Below are positions 8,441 through 16,533 of a stretch of DNA of 32,000 bases, one piece after another; position 1 is the stretch's first letter; each line of letters begins with the position of its first letter. Source of the stretch: Crocosphaera subtropica ATCC 51142 (GTDB lineage: Bacteria; Cyanobacteriota; Cyanobacteriia; Cyanobacteriales; Microcystaceae); the NCBI RefSeq assembly GCF_000017845.1, contig NC_010546.1, forward strand, positions 1,290,001 to 1,322,000, given 5' to 3'. The notes beneath the pieces were generated by a model that did not search any database, had not been told where the DNA came from, and was given only the letters and a program-made list of their open reading frames with translations. Position numbers and translations under genes: made by a program.

Positions 8441-8748
8441 AAGGGCAAACTTAAAAATTCTCTTTAATTATATTTAATTATGATAATTAGTAAACTACCC
8501 TTCATGGGGCTTTTAGTTCTTCCAGGGTATATCTAAAGCCATATAGTGAAAGTTTATATGAAATCGATTTATGTTTGCTACAAAAGACTGCAAGGGACCA
8601 GGGAGTGGGGAGAGAGATAATTTATAGTATTCTTATTTCTCTTCGATATTAGATAAAAATTTGTCCATTATATTGTTATCTGTAATTTCGATATAAGGAA
8701 ATTTATAGATAACTTTCCAGAATAGAAGCCTCAAACCTTTATTATCTC

Positions 8749-8818
8749 GTTAAAAAACACCGAACACCGAACTCAGGTTACTTAAATTTGACTAACAATA
8801 AGCAACAATTCTTTGCAC
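8749..8818 (+). repeat. dispersed intergenic repeat, copy A (copy B at 18207-18305)
   Basis: The two copies share blocks in the same order and orientation. Block 1 is GTTAAAAAA. Block 2 is CCGAAC(A/T)CCGAACTCA(G/C)GTT. Block 3 is TTAAA(G)TTTGACTA. Block 4 is CAAC..TCTTT. Copy B carries two short insertions. Confidence 0.6.
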
Positions 8819-8928
8819 TTTTTTATTTTTATAACTCTTGGTTATTTCAATATTTTTTTTGCGAATTCTAGTCACTAAAATAAAGAGAACTAAACCCTTA
8901 TATTTCCAGGGAATAAGTTGCTGAAACA

Positions 8929-8988
8929 GGGCTTAAATCTTTGTTAAAAACAATTAGTGTACAGTTGAACTGTACGTTTTTTAAGCCC
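8929..8988 (+). terminator. nested hairpin with T-runs (plus-strand intrinsic terminator, possibly bidirectional)
   Basis: The inner stem GTACAGT/ACTGTAC (8959-8965 / 8969-8975) is followed by G-T6. The outer 9-bp stem GGGCTTAAA/TTTAAGCCC (8929-8937 / 8980-8988) is followed by TTTTAT. No + strand ORF lies upstream. The minus-strand 69-aa ORF ends 90 nt away at 9078. Confidence 0.45.
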
Positions 8989-9077
8989 TTTTATGTTCAA
9001 TACACCCACTTTTCTCCTATTGCCTATTGCTGACACTCTATCTACCGACAGAGGATAATTAGAATAAGGATAATATT

Positions 9078-9287
9078 TTAGAATGATATTCCTTGACGGG
9101 AAGCTAACTTTTCAACCGTTGCTTGGGTTTCCTGAAGTAACTGCTGACGAGGATCACCACTGTGAGTTAAATTAGGAACTAAATTTCTGGCTTGTAGTGT
9201 CATGTGTAGTTGTAACTGGGCAACATAGTCCCCCATGTTTTCTTGATTAAGAGACTGAGCAACATTAGCCGTTTCCATCTTCAACAC
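9078..9287 (-). CDS. small hypothetical protein (66-69 aa)
   Basis: The track start at 9287 is a GTG, and an ATG (METANV...) lies at 9278..9276. A strong AGGAGG box sits at 9291-9296 (complement). I recognise no family. Confidence 0.45.
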   Translation of the reverse strand: MLKMETANVAQSLNQENMGDYVAQLQLHMTLQARNLVPNLTHSGDPRQQLLQETQATVEKLASRQGISF

Positions 9288-9467
9288 AATCCTCCTGATT
9301 TAATCGAACAGTTTGTTTAACTTATCTCCATAGAAGTTATCATGACTTTCTATCTCTTGTGACCGAAGATGTAGATTTTTATACATTTCTCAACATACTG
9401 TAACGTTTAATAGTCCGTCAGGAGAGTCAAGAGTCAGAACATTGAATATTAAAAAGACAGAAATAGT

Positions 9468-9490
9468 AAAAAACCTCAGTAATACTGAGG
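9468..9490 (-). terminator. orphan minus-strand intrinsic terminator
   Basis: Stem CCTCAGT/ACTGAGG (9474-9480 / 9484-9490). On the minus strand it is followed immediately by T6 (A-run 9468-9473). There is no annotated minus-strand gene upstream, only the 225-bp prx upstream region. Confidence 0.5.
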
Positions 9491-9714
9491 TAGATGAGGA
9501 GATTCCATGAAACGCACGCCGAAAAAACATAAATTTTAATTATTAAATATATTTTGAAAGAGCAAGTCTTTATACGGCTGACCTGTTCTTATCTATACAT
9601 AGTGTACCCAAAGTTAACTGGGTTCATATCAATACCCTTAAAATGAGATTTCCATGTCAATGACAATTATTGTAAACTTCTGTAAAGTAGAGATGAAAAA
9701 AGTAGAGAAGTGTT

Positions 9715-10257
9715 ATGTTGCGCCGTCAAATTTTAGCTATATTATTAGCGATCGCTGTTATTTTTAGTGGGACTCAAACCCCTGCATTAGCGTTAGGAGG
9801 ACCTCAACCTCCTTTAAACGAATCGGCACCTAATTTTACCTTACCGACAAATACAGGGGACGGGGAAATATCCTTATCGGATTATCGAGGACAATGGGTG
9901 GTATTGTATTTCTATCCTCAAGATTTTACCCCAGGGTGTACCTTAGAAGCCCGTCGTTTTCAACAAGATTTACCAAAATATGAAGCTAAAAATACGCAAA
10001 TTTTAGGAGTAAGTGTGGATGATGTTAACTCTCATCGAGAGTTTTGTGATGCAGAGGGTTTAAAGTTTCCCTTATTAGCAGATACCACTGGAGAAGTGAG
10101 TAAAACCTACGGATCTTTTTTAACAGGAATGTCATTACGTCATACTTATTTAATCGATCCTGATGGTATTCTAAGAGAAAAATTTTTAGGGGTTAGACCA
10201 GCCATTCATAGTCAAGAAGTTTTAGCTTATCTGGATGAAGTTAACAGTAACCATTAA
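9715..10257 (+). CDS. bcp: peroxiredoxin, PrxQ/BCP (AhpC/TSA) family, with an N-terminal signal/transit-like peptide
   Basis: Motif FYPQDFTPGCTLEA with the peroxidatic Cys. The thioredoxin-fold length is right, and there is a hydrophobic leader MLRRQILAILLAIAVIFSGTQTPALA. Confidence 0.9.
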   Translation: MLRRQILAILLAIAVIFSGTQTPALALGGPQPPLNESAPNFTLPTNTGDGEISLSDYRGQWVVLYFYPQDFTPGCTLEARRFQQDLPKYEAKNTQILGVSVDDVNSHREFCDAEGLKFPLLADTTGEVSKTYGSFLTGMSLRHTYLIDPDGILREKFLGVRPAIHSQEVLAYLDEVNSNH

Positions 10258-11387
10258 AAATCTAAATCATCTTCTAGTTCTTCTAATTCTTCTAAACTTT
10301 GGTTTTCATATAAATCTTGTAAGTCTTGATGTTTTTGTCGTCGAGAAGTTCGGCGATATTTCTTTGTTTCTAATTTAGGTTCATAATATTCTTCTCCTGA
10401 TGCTTTAACTTTCAATTTAACCGTTGATTCTTGATCAGCCATTTGTTGAGTGGCTTCTTTTTGAGTGATCGCTTCTTCTAAAAAGGTTAAATAATGTTCA
10501 TATCGTTCCCAATTATTGTCAATCACACAGTTAGGCTCTCCTCGATGAAAACAATCGCTAAATTGACAATTTCCTTGTTTTAACTGTTGCTTTGCTTCAG
10601 GAAAATAGTGAATTAACTGACTAGGCGAACAATCTAAATGAGGTTGATTAAATCCAGGGGTATCGGCCAATAATCCCCCGTCGGGTAACTCAAATAATTC
10701 CACATGACGAGTGGTATGACGACCTTTTTGTAACTTCCCTGAAACAGAATTGACTCGTTGCTTAACGTCAGGAATTAAGGTATTAATTAAACTGGATTTT
10801 CCGACACCCGAAGGACCAGCTAGGATAGTAATTTTATCTTTTAAACGGTCTTTTAGGTCGGTTAACCCCTGAGAAGTCATTACACTAATGAATAAAGGGT
10901 TATAACCCCATTTTTCTAGGCGTTCTTGCCATGTTTTTTGTTGGGTGGAGGTCAGTAAATCGGCTTTATTCAAACATAATAAACAGGGAATATCAGTGGA
11001 CTCAGCTTTGACCAAAAAACGGCTTAACTGCCAAGGTTCTAACGGAGGTTCATCTAAGGCAAAAACAAGAAGCATTTGCTCTGCATTTGCCACAGGGGGA
11101 CGGGATAACTCGGTTTTTCGTGGTAAAACTTGAGCGATCGCTCCTCTTGCATCTTGATAGTCCGGTTCTTCAATGATAATGCGATCGCCGACCATCACCA
11201 TTTGACCAATTTTCTTCAAACGAGTGCGTCGAGTACATAATAAATGGTAGATAGGCGCATTGTTATGGTCTTTTAGGGGTTCATCGAGACGAACTTGATA
11301 AAAATTAGCCTGAACTGCTATCACTGTCCCCATAATATCTGAGACAGTGGGAGAAGAGGAACGGTTAAAAGGTGTTAAATCATGCAC
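10254..11387 (-). CDS. rsgA: ribosome small-subunit-dependent GTPase A (RsgA/YjeQ)
   Basis: Circularly permuted GTPase order: NKADL (G4) comes before GPSGVGKSSLIN (G1) and DTPGF (G3). The C-terminal zinc knuckle is CQFSDCFHRGEPNC. An extra ~75-aa charged C-terminal tail is present. Confidence 0.9.
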   Translation of the reverse strand: MHDLTPFNRSSSPTVSDIMGTVIAVQANFYQVRLDEPLKDHNNAPIYHLLCTRRTRLKKIGQMVMVGDRIIIEEPDYQDARGAIAQVLPRKTELSRPPVANAEQMLLVFALDEPPLEPWQLSRFLVKAESTDIPCLLCLNKADLLTSTQQKTWQERLEKWGYNPLFISVMTSQGLTDLKDRLKDKITILAGPSGVGKSSLINTLIPDVKQRVNSVSGKLQKGRHTTRHVELFELPDGGLLADTPGFNQPHLDCSPSQLIHYFPEAKQQLKQGNCQFSDCFHRGEPNCVIDNNWERYEHYLTFLEEAITQKEATQQMADQESTVKLKVKASGEEYYEPKLETKKYRRTSRRQKHQDLQDLYENQSLEELEELEDDLDF

Positions 11388-11413
11388 AGGAGTAGTAAAT
11401 TCCCCGTTTTTTC

Positions 11414-11656
11414 CTATTGGGGACGACGAACCTTCAGGGAGAAGAACCCCTGACGATCATCGATAGTTTCCACCTGGTATCCTTCCATGGTGAGGCTATC
11501 GGGAACTTGTTCAATGGGTTCTCCGGGGTCTAACCACACTTCAAGAAGGGAACCAGGGGACATCTGTTCTAATTTTAATTTAGTGCGAACGAAATTGATG
11601 GGGCAAGGGGTTCCCCGCAGATCCAATAAAGCTGTATCAGAGGTTGAAGGGTTCAT
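11414..11656 (-). CDS. TusA/SirA-like sulfur-carrier family protein
   Basis: 80 aa with [16 protein letters not shown] (the CPxP active-site motif of the TusA family). Its start overlaps the dnaJ stop in ATGA. Confidence 0.8.
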   Translation of the reverse strand: MNPSTSDTALLDLRGTPCPINFVRTKLKLEQMSPGSLLEVWLDPGEPIEQVPDSLTMEGYQVETIDDRQGFFSLKVRRPQ

Positions 11657-12783
11657 TTGTGAAATAAACTCCCTAAAAATCCTTCTAAACCGCCTTTTCC
11701 ATGACTTTGTCCCTTAATATGGGCTAACTTCTCTAGTAATTCTCGTTCTTCGGCATTAATACGGGTAGGAATATCCACTTTAACCGTAATCAGATGATCC
11801 CCTCGAATGGCATCATTACCCAGTTTGGGAACCCCCAAATTTTCTAAGGTCAAGATTGTATTGGGTTGAGTTCCTGCAGGAATGGTCAATTCCTGTTCTC
11901 CGTCCACCGTATCCACCGTTACCGTGCATCCTAAGATAGCTTGGAGATAACTGATCGTGATCTCCGAAAGGATGTTCATTTTGTCACGGGTAAAGACCTT
12001 ATCGGGTTCAACATAGAGATAAACATAGAGATCCCCTTGAGGCCCTCCTCTTAACCCTGCATCTCCTTTTCTAGAGACTCTCAGACGGGTTCCATCATCA
12101 ACCCCAGCCGGAATCGTTATTTTTACTTTTTCTGTCACTTGTCTGCGTCCGGCCCCGTTACAGACTTCACATTTTTCTTCGATCACTTGTCCTTGACCGT
12201 TACAAGCAGGACAAGCAGACACTTGGGCAAAACTACCAAAGGGAGTACGGGTGGCACGACGAACTTGGCCTTGTCCGTTACAAGTAGAACAGGTTTTTGC
12301 GCCAGTTCCTGGTTTGGCCCCATCCCCTTTACATACTTGACAAGTTTCTAGGTGGGGAATGCGGATCTCTTTTTCTCCGCCGAAAACGGCTTCCCGAAAG
12401 TCTAGTTTGAGATCGAGGCGTAAATCATCTCCTTTGACCGGCCCGGTACGACGACGGGTTCCACCGGTTCCCATACCGCCCCCAAAACCACTAAAAATGG
12501 TTTCAAAAATATCGGCAAAACCGCCCATATCACCCATATCGCCGTAGTTGAAGCCTCCAGCACCACTGACTCCTGCTTCTCCAAACTGATCGTAACGACT
12601 ACGGGTGTCGGGTTCAGATAGCACTTCATAGGCGCGGTTAATTTCTTTAAATCGTTCTTCTGCTCCTGGTTCTTTGTTAACATCAGGATGATATTTTCGC
12701 GCGAGACGGCGATAAGCTCTTTTTAAGTCTTCTTTACTGGCGTTACGGTCAACCCCAAGAATATCGTAGTAGTCACCTGGCAT
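11653..12783 (-). CDS. dnaJ: molecular chaperone DnaJ (type I Hsp40)
   Basis: J domain with YHPDVNK (HPD), a G/F-rich linker and four CxxCxGxG zinc motifs ([32 protein letters not shown]). Confidence 0.95.
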   Translation of the reverse strand: MPGDYYDILGVDRNASKEDLKRAYRRLARKYHPDVNKEPGAEERFKEINRAYEVLSEPDTRSRYDQFGEAGVSGAGGFNYGDMGDMGGFADIFETIFSGFGGGMGTGGTRRRTGPVKGDDLRLDLKLDFREAVFGGEKEIRIPHLETCQVCKGDGAKPGTGAKTCSTCNGQGQVRRATRTPFGSFAQVSACPACNGQGQVIEEKCEVCNGAGRRQVTEKVKITIPAGVDDGTRLRVSRKGDAGLRGGPQGDLYVYLYVEPDKVFTRDKMNILSEITISYLQAILGCTVTVDTVDGEQELTIPAGTQPNTILTLENLGVPKLGNDAIRGDHLITVKVDIPTRINAEERELLEKLAHIKGQSHGKGGLEGFLGSLFHK

Positions 12784-13315
12784 AGATCGTTAGTTTCGCT
12801 TGTTTGTGGGTAATGATTGAGTGATCGGCTTAGTAGTTACTTTAGCAAACTATTGTAAACAAAACACTATTTTAGATCGTTTTTATGATCTTGTTTCACG
12901 GAAGTTCAGGGTTCAGAGTTAGGAGTTCCCATTGATGATTTATTCCATTTTAGCGATCCAAGCACAACAATCTGCTTAGAAGATTTTAGCTATTAGTGCT
13001 GTTTTCATGCCAAGGGTAGCAATTTCCTTATGAGAGTGATAGTTTTGGTTAATACTGGTTCTAATTCTAACAAGTATTTCAATGTTTTTGATTTGAACAA
13101 TTTAAACAAGACGAATAGTTATAAATTTTGATTTAACTACGATTCTCATAACTGTTCTGTTTGATAGTTTAGCAATTCAAACCTGTTCATGCTTCTACAT
13201 TATTGCTCTATGGAGATTGAAATAAAGGGTTATTCTTGATTATTTTTCTTTAAGCAGTTATTATATTGAGCTAAATAGATTAGATAAACTATGGATGTAG
13301 TAAAACAGAAAACCA

Positions 13316-13747
13316 ATGATGAAAAAAATAAGAAAATTATCCATTTTGGCTATCACTCTAAGTTTTAGCTTCCTCTCGATAGGATGCAGTCCTGAAACTA
13401 TAAATTCAACTGAAGATACCTATCAACCTATTGATTTAGTAGAAGTTGAGGGAGAATTAACAGGAGATGATCCAGAAGTAATGGCGTTAGCTTTATTTGG
13501 TAATCAAGAAGCGGTTGAAGGTAATTTTTCTCAAGAAACTGAAGTGATTGAAAAAGACGGATTTAACCAAACAGTCCTTCTAACTCAAATGAATTTACCA
13601 GATGATTCGGTTAAAGGGTTACGTTATCGACTCAACTTTGAATTTGATCAATCCATTGGTCAATGGCGTTTACAAGAAGTTGGTCGTCAACAGTCTTGTT
13701 ATCGAGGGGATTCTCCTGATAGTTGGACTATTGAACCTTGTCCTTAG
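13316..13747 (+). CDS. hypothetical lipoprotein
   Basis: Signal peptide ending in a lipobox-like LSIGC|S. I recognise no family. Confidence 0.5.
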   Translation: MMKKIRKLSILAITLSFSFLSIGCSPETINSTEDTYQPIDLVEVEGELTGDDPEVMALALFGNQEAVEGNFSQETEVIEKDGFNQTVLLTQMNLPDDSVKGLRYRLNFEFDQSIGQWRLQEVGRQQSCYRGDSPDSWTIEPCP

Positions 13748-13755
13748 ATTAATCG

Positions 13756-14280
13756 TTATCTTAATCGTTCGTTGACTTCGTTAATATTATTTTGGGTCTT
13801 TTCAATTCCTGAAGCATCCCCCATTTCTGTGTATACTTCTAAGGCTTGTTGGTAATAGTTGATAGCATCCGCAGCTTTTCCCATATTTACATAAACATTA
13901 CCCATATTACTGAGGGATATGGCTACGCCAGAAAGATTATTGATATCTTGATAAATGGTTAATGCTTGTTTATAACTTTCTAAGGCTTGAGGATATTCTT
14001 GAATTTGACTATGATTAAATCCTAATCCTAGCCAAGACCATGCTTCTAATTCTCGGTTATTTTCTCTTTGTACAATGATGAGTAACTGTTCAAGGGTTTC
14101 TATAGCTTCTAAGCTTTCTCCCTGTCTAGCTTGCTGTTTTGATTCTTGTATCAATTGTTCAATTTGTGCTGCTTGATTGGTTTGTCCCCAAACTATTTTA
14201 TCAGTGATAGAAATTGTAAACATTCCTAAACATAGACCCAGGAATATTATAGATAAACGTTTAAGTTTCATATTAATCAA
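13756..14280 (-). CDS. tetratricopeptide (TPR) repeat protein with an N-terminal signal/anchor
   Basis: Repeated A..Y/W..LG..Y......A...Y..AL units (WSWLGLGFNHSQIQEYPQALESYKQAL; NMGNVYVNMGKAADAINYYQQALEVY). Hydrophobic N-terminus. Confidence 0.75.
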   Translation of the reverse strand: MINMKLKRLSIIFLGLCLGMFTISITDKIVWGQTNQAAQIEQLIQESKQQARQGESLEAIETLEQLLIIVQRENNRELEAWSWLGLGFNHSQIQEYPQALESYKQALTIYQDINNLSGVAISLSNMGNVYVNMGKAADAINYYQQALEVYTEMGDASGIEKTQNNINEVNERLR

Positions 14281-14910
14281 TTACAAAGTTTCTTATAACA
14301 GTTATCATAACTTTAAGTTAGCAAAAATAGTTGGGATAATCTATTAATTTTCTATTGTATCCAACTAAGGAATTTATATTAATATTAAGTTAACTAGAAA
14401 CTTAATATTATGATTATAAGACATCCCTATGGTTATTAACCGATAGGGATGGACATTAGATGCTATATAGTGGCCGTTGGTCTCACACTATTCAATATGA
14501 AACTTTAATTTCACGATCAACACAACGTTAAGCCGGGAAACTGCAAAAACCAGCAAACTATGAACTACCCTATATTATGTTTGAGTTAGCGTAAAACCGA
14601 CAAAATAGGTATCTTAAATTGCCATCAAAGAGTCTTCTTGACTTGACGCAGTTCTCCTTCAGCAAGAAACGAATAGGAGTTAATAGTGAACCTCCTAACC
14701 TCTTAATCATGACACTGTTTCTTTTCGGTTTTTTCTCGATCCATTTTCCCTTATTGGTAAAAAAGGAAACATTTTTCTGTTTATAGGGTTATCTCTTATA
14801 CTCCTATGCTAAACAGTAAAACTCTGGAGAATGATTAAATTAACCTTAAGAAAAGTCGATAAGTGAAAATACTTATGCTATGTTTCCTAGAAAACATAAG
14901 CTTAAAAGAA

Positions 14911-15612
14911 TTAAGATTGACGCAACACATTTTGTTGACGATTAAATTCTCTTTCTTGTGCGGTCAATATCTGAGACTCAATGGGGGGTCTCATATCCCA
15001 CTGTAATTCAGCTAAGAGTAATAAACAACCAGCCATGATTATCCCAGTAAGGAGAAATTGCCATTGAAGGAAATAAGTTAATAATTGTATTCCGAGTAAG
15101 TGAATTAATCCACTGATAATAAAAGTTTGGGAACTCATGCCTATTCCCATGACAATATAACCGATAGCGGTTAATCCTAACCAAAGGGGGCAAAGATTGA
15201 TCAAAATAACACCGATTCCTGCAAAAATACCAAAATCGGTAATTCCTAACCCTACCACCATTAATCCTATCCACAAATAGACTATCCAGCGTAATTGCTC
15301 AACAGTTACCCAGAAATAAGTTAAACAAGCCATAGTCACACTACCCACTAAGGTAAGTACAGACCAGATTATTGCCTGAAACTGCCAACTAATCGGGAAA
15401 AAATGAGCCGTCATAAAGATGATAGCTGTGATAATTCCCCACAATAAAAAAACCTGATCGATTCGTGTATAAAATCTATAAAACAGTGTTTTTTGACCAA
15501 TTCGGCCATAAATTTTTAACAATCCGCACAAGTCCTGAATATCGAGGTCTTTCTGTTTAAAGCGAAGAAGGGGTTGAGATAACTTAAACAATGGGTATTT
15601 TCTTGAAATCAA
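14911..15612 (-). CDS. hypothetical polytopic membrane protein (5-6 predicted TM helices)
   Basis: A long hydrophobic ORF. The track start is a TTG and there is no in-frame ATG for the first 66 codons, so the true start is uncertain. I recognise no family. Confidence 0.5.
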   Translation of the reverse strand: MISRKYPLFKLSQPLLRFKQKDLDIQDLCGLLKIYGRIGQKTLFYRFYTRIDQVFLLWGIITAIIFMTAHFFPISWQFQAIIWSVLTLVGSVTMACLTYFWVTVEQLRWIVYLWIGLMVVGLGITDFGIFAGIGVILINLCPLWLGLTAIGYIVMGIGMSSQTFIISGLIHLLGIQLLTYFLQWQFLLTGIIMAGCLLLLAELQWDMRPPIESQILTAQEREFNRQQNVLRQS

Positions 15613-15674
15613 CTTTAATTCTAATTGTTCTTAGAGTGTAACATTAATTTATAATTCTTAACATATATTCAATC

Positions 15675-15706
15675 AAAAACACCGCCCATTATGACTAACA
15701 GGCGGT
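15675..15706 (-). terminator. probable terminator of psbEFLJ
   Basis: Stem ACCGCC/GGCGGT (15681-15686 / 15701-15706) with a 14-nt loop. On the minus strand it is followed by GTTTTTG, 53 nt downstream of the psbJ stop. Confidence 0.45.
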
Positions 15707-15758
15707 TATTAAAAAATGATCTCTAAGTTTTATACTTGAAGATAATCAAAGTCAACTT

Positions 15759-15878
15759 CTACATAGAAGATCCGATACCAGCATAAGCACCGTAGAAGAA
15801 GAGACCAAGAACAGAAATTGCACCGATACCAGCAATTAAACCGACCAGCCAAAGGGGAATTCTACCTTCTGCAAACAT
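15759..15878 (-). CDS. psbJ: photosystem II protein PsbJ, 39 aa
   Basis: Hand translation gives [39 protein letters not shown]. It is the last gene of the psbEFLJ operon. Confidence 0.9.
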
Positions 15879-15913
15879 AATTGTACCTCCTAAATAATGC
15901 CCAAAAAAATGAA

Positions 15914-16033
15914 TTAGTTAAAGAAATAGCTCGAAAAGAGAATACCAAGAACCGCAATTAAAAGTAATCCTAAGTAAAGGGATGTACGGTTCAATTCTAC
16001 AGGTTGACGGTTAGGATTTTGATTTCTGTCCAT
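15914..16033 (-). CDS. psbL: photosystem II protein PsbL, 39 aa
   Basis: Hand translation gives [39 protein letters not shown], the canonical PsbL sequence. Confidence 0.93.
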
Positions 16034-16043
16034 GAATAAACTC

Positions 16044-16178
16044 CTATCTTTGAATAAACTGCATAGCGGCGATCGCACCGACAAAGAAAACGGTAGGAAC
16101 AGCTAAGGTATGAACCGCTAGCCATCTTACGGTAAAAATGGGATAAGATGTGGGCTGATTGGAAGTGTTGTTTACCAT
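16044..16178 (-). CDS. psbF: cytochrome b559 beta subunit (PsbF), 44 aa
   Basis: Hand translation gives [44 protein letters not shown], with the haem-ligand His in the RWLAVH context. Confidence 0.95.
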   Translation of the reverse strand: MVNNTSNQPTSYPIFTVRWLAVHTLAVPTVFFVGAIAAMQFIQR

Positions 16179-16203
16179 TGTCTTAAGCCTCTTCTAAACT
16201 CAA

Positions 16204-16449
16204 CTACTTATTAAACTCTGTGATTTGGTTTTTTGCTTCAAAACGGTCTTGAATAATGGGTAATTCTTGACGTTCTTGAGTAAAATACTCATCAGGACGA
16301 GGGGTTCCAAACACATCGTAGGCTAACCCTGTACTCACAAATAGCCAACCGGCGATGAATAACATAGGGATAGTGATGCTATGAATAACCCAGTAACGAA
16401 TACTGGTAACAATATCAGAAAATGGACGTTCTCCGGTAACACCTGACAT
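16204..16449 (-). CDS. psbE: cytochrome b559 alpha subunit (PsbE)
   Basis: [56 protein letters not shown]..., the canonical PsbE sequence. Confidence 0.96.
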   Translation of the reverse strand: MSGVTGERPFSDIVTSIRYWVIHSITIPMLFIAGWLFVSTGLAYDVFGTPRPDEYFTQERQELPIIQDRFEAKNQITEFNK

Positions 16450-16533
16450 TTTAAGTTTCTCCTCTGAAAGTGAATTACGAATGGCAAAATCTAGTCTACT
16501 ACGATTTGCGAAACAGTCTTAAATAGAAAAGTA

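Noticed and set aside
9340-9530. 46-aa minus-strand ORF MFFRRAFHGISSS...
   Set aside because: It reads straight through the terminator hairpin and T-run, lacks an SD and has a low-complexity composition.
12139-12683. ORFs 12139..12351(+), 12359..12547(+) and 12402..12683(-) inside dnaJ
   Set aside because: These are shadow or alternate-frame ORFs within the G/F-rich and zinc-finger region of dnaJ. They have no start context and no family resemblance.
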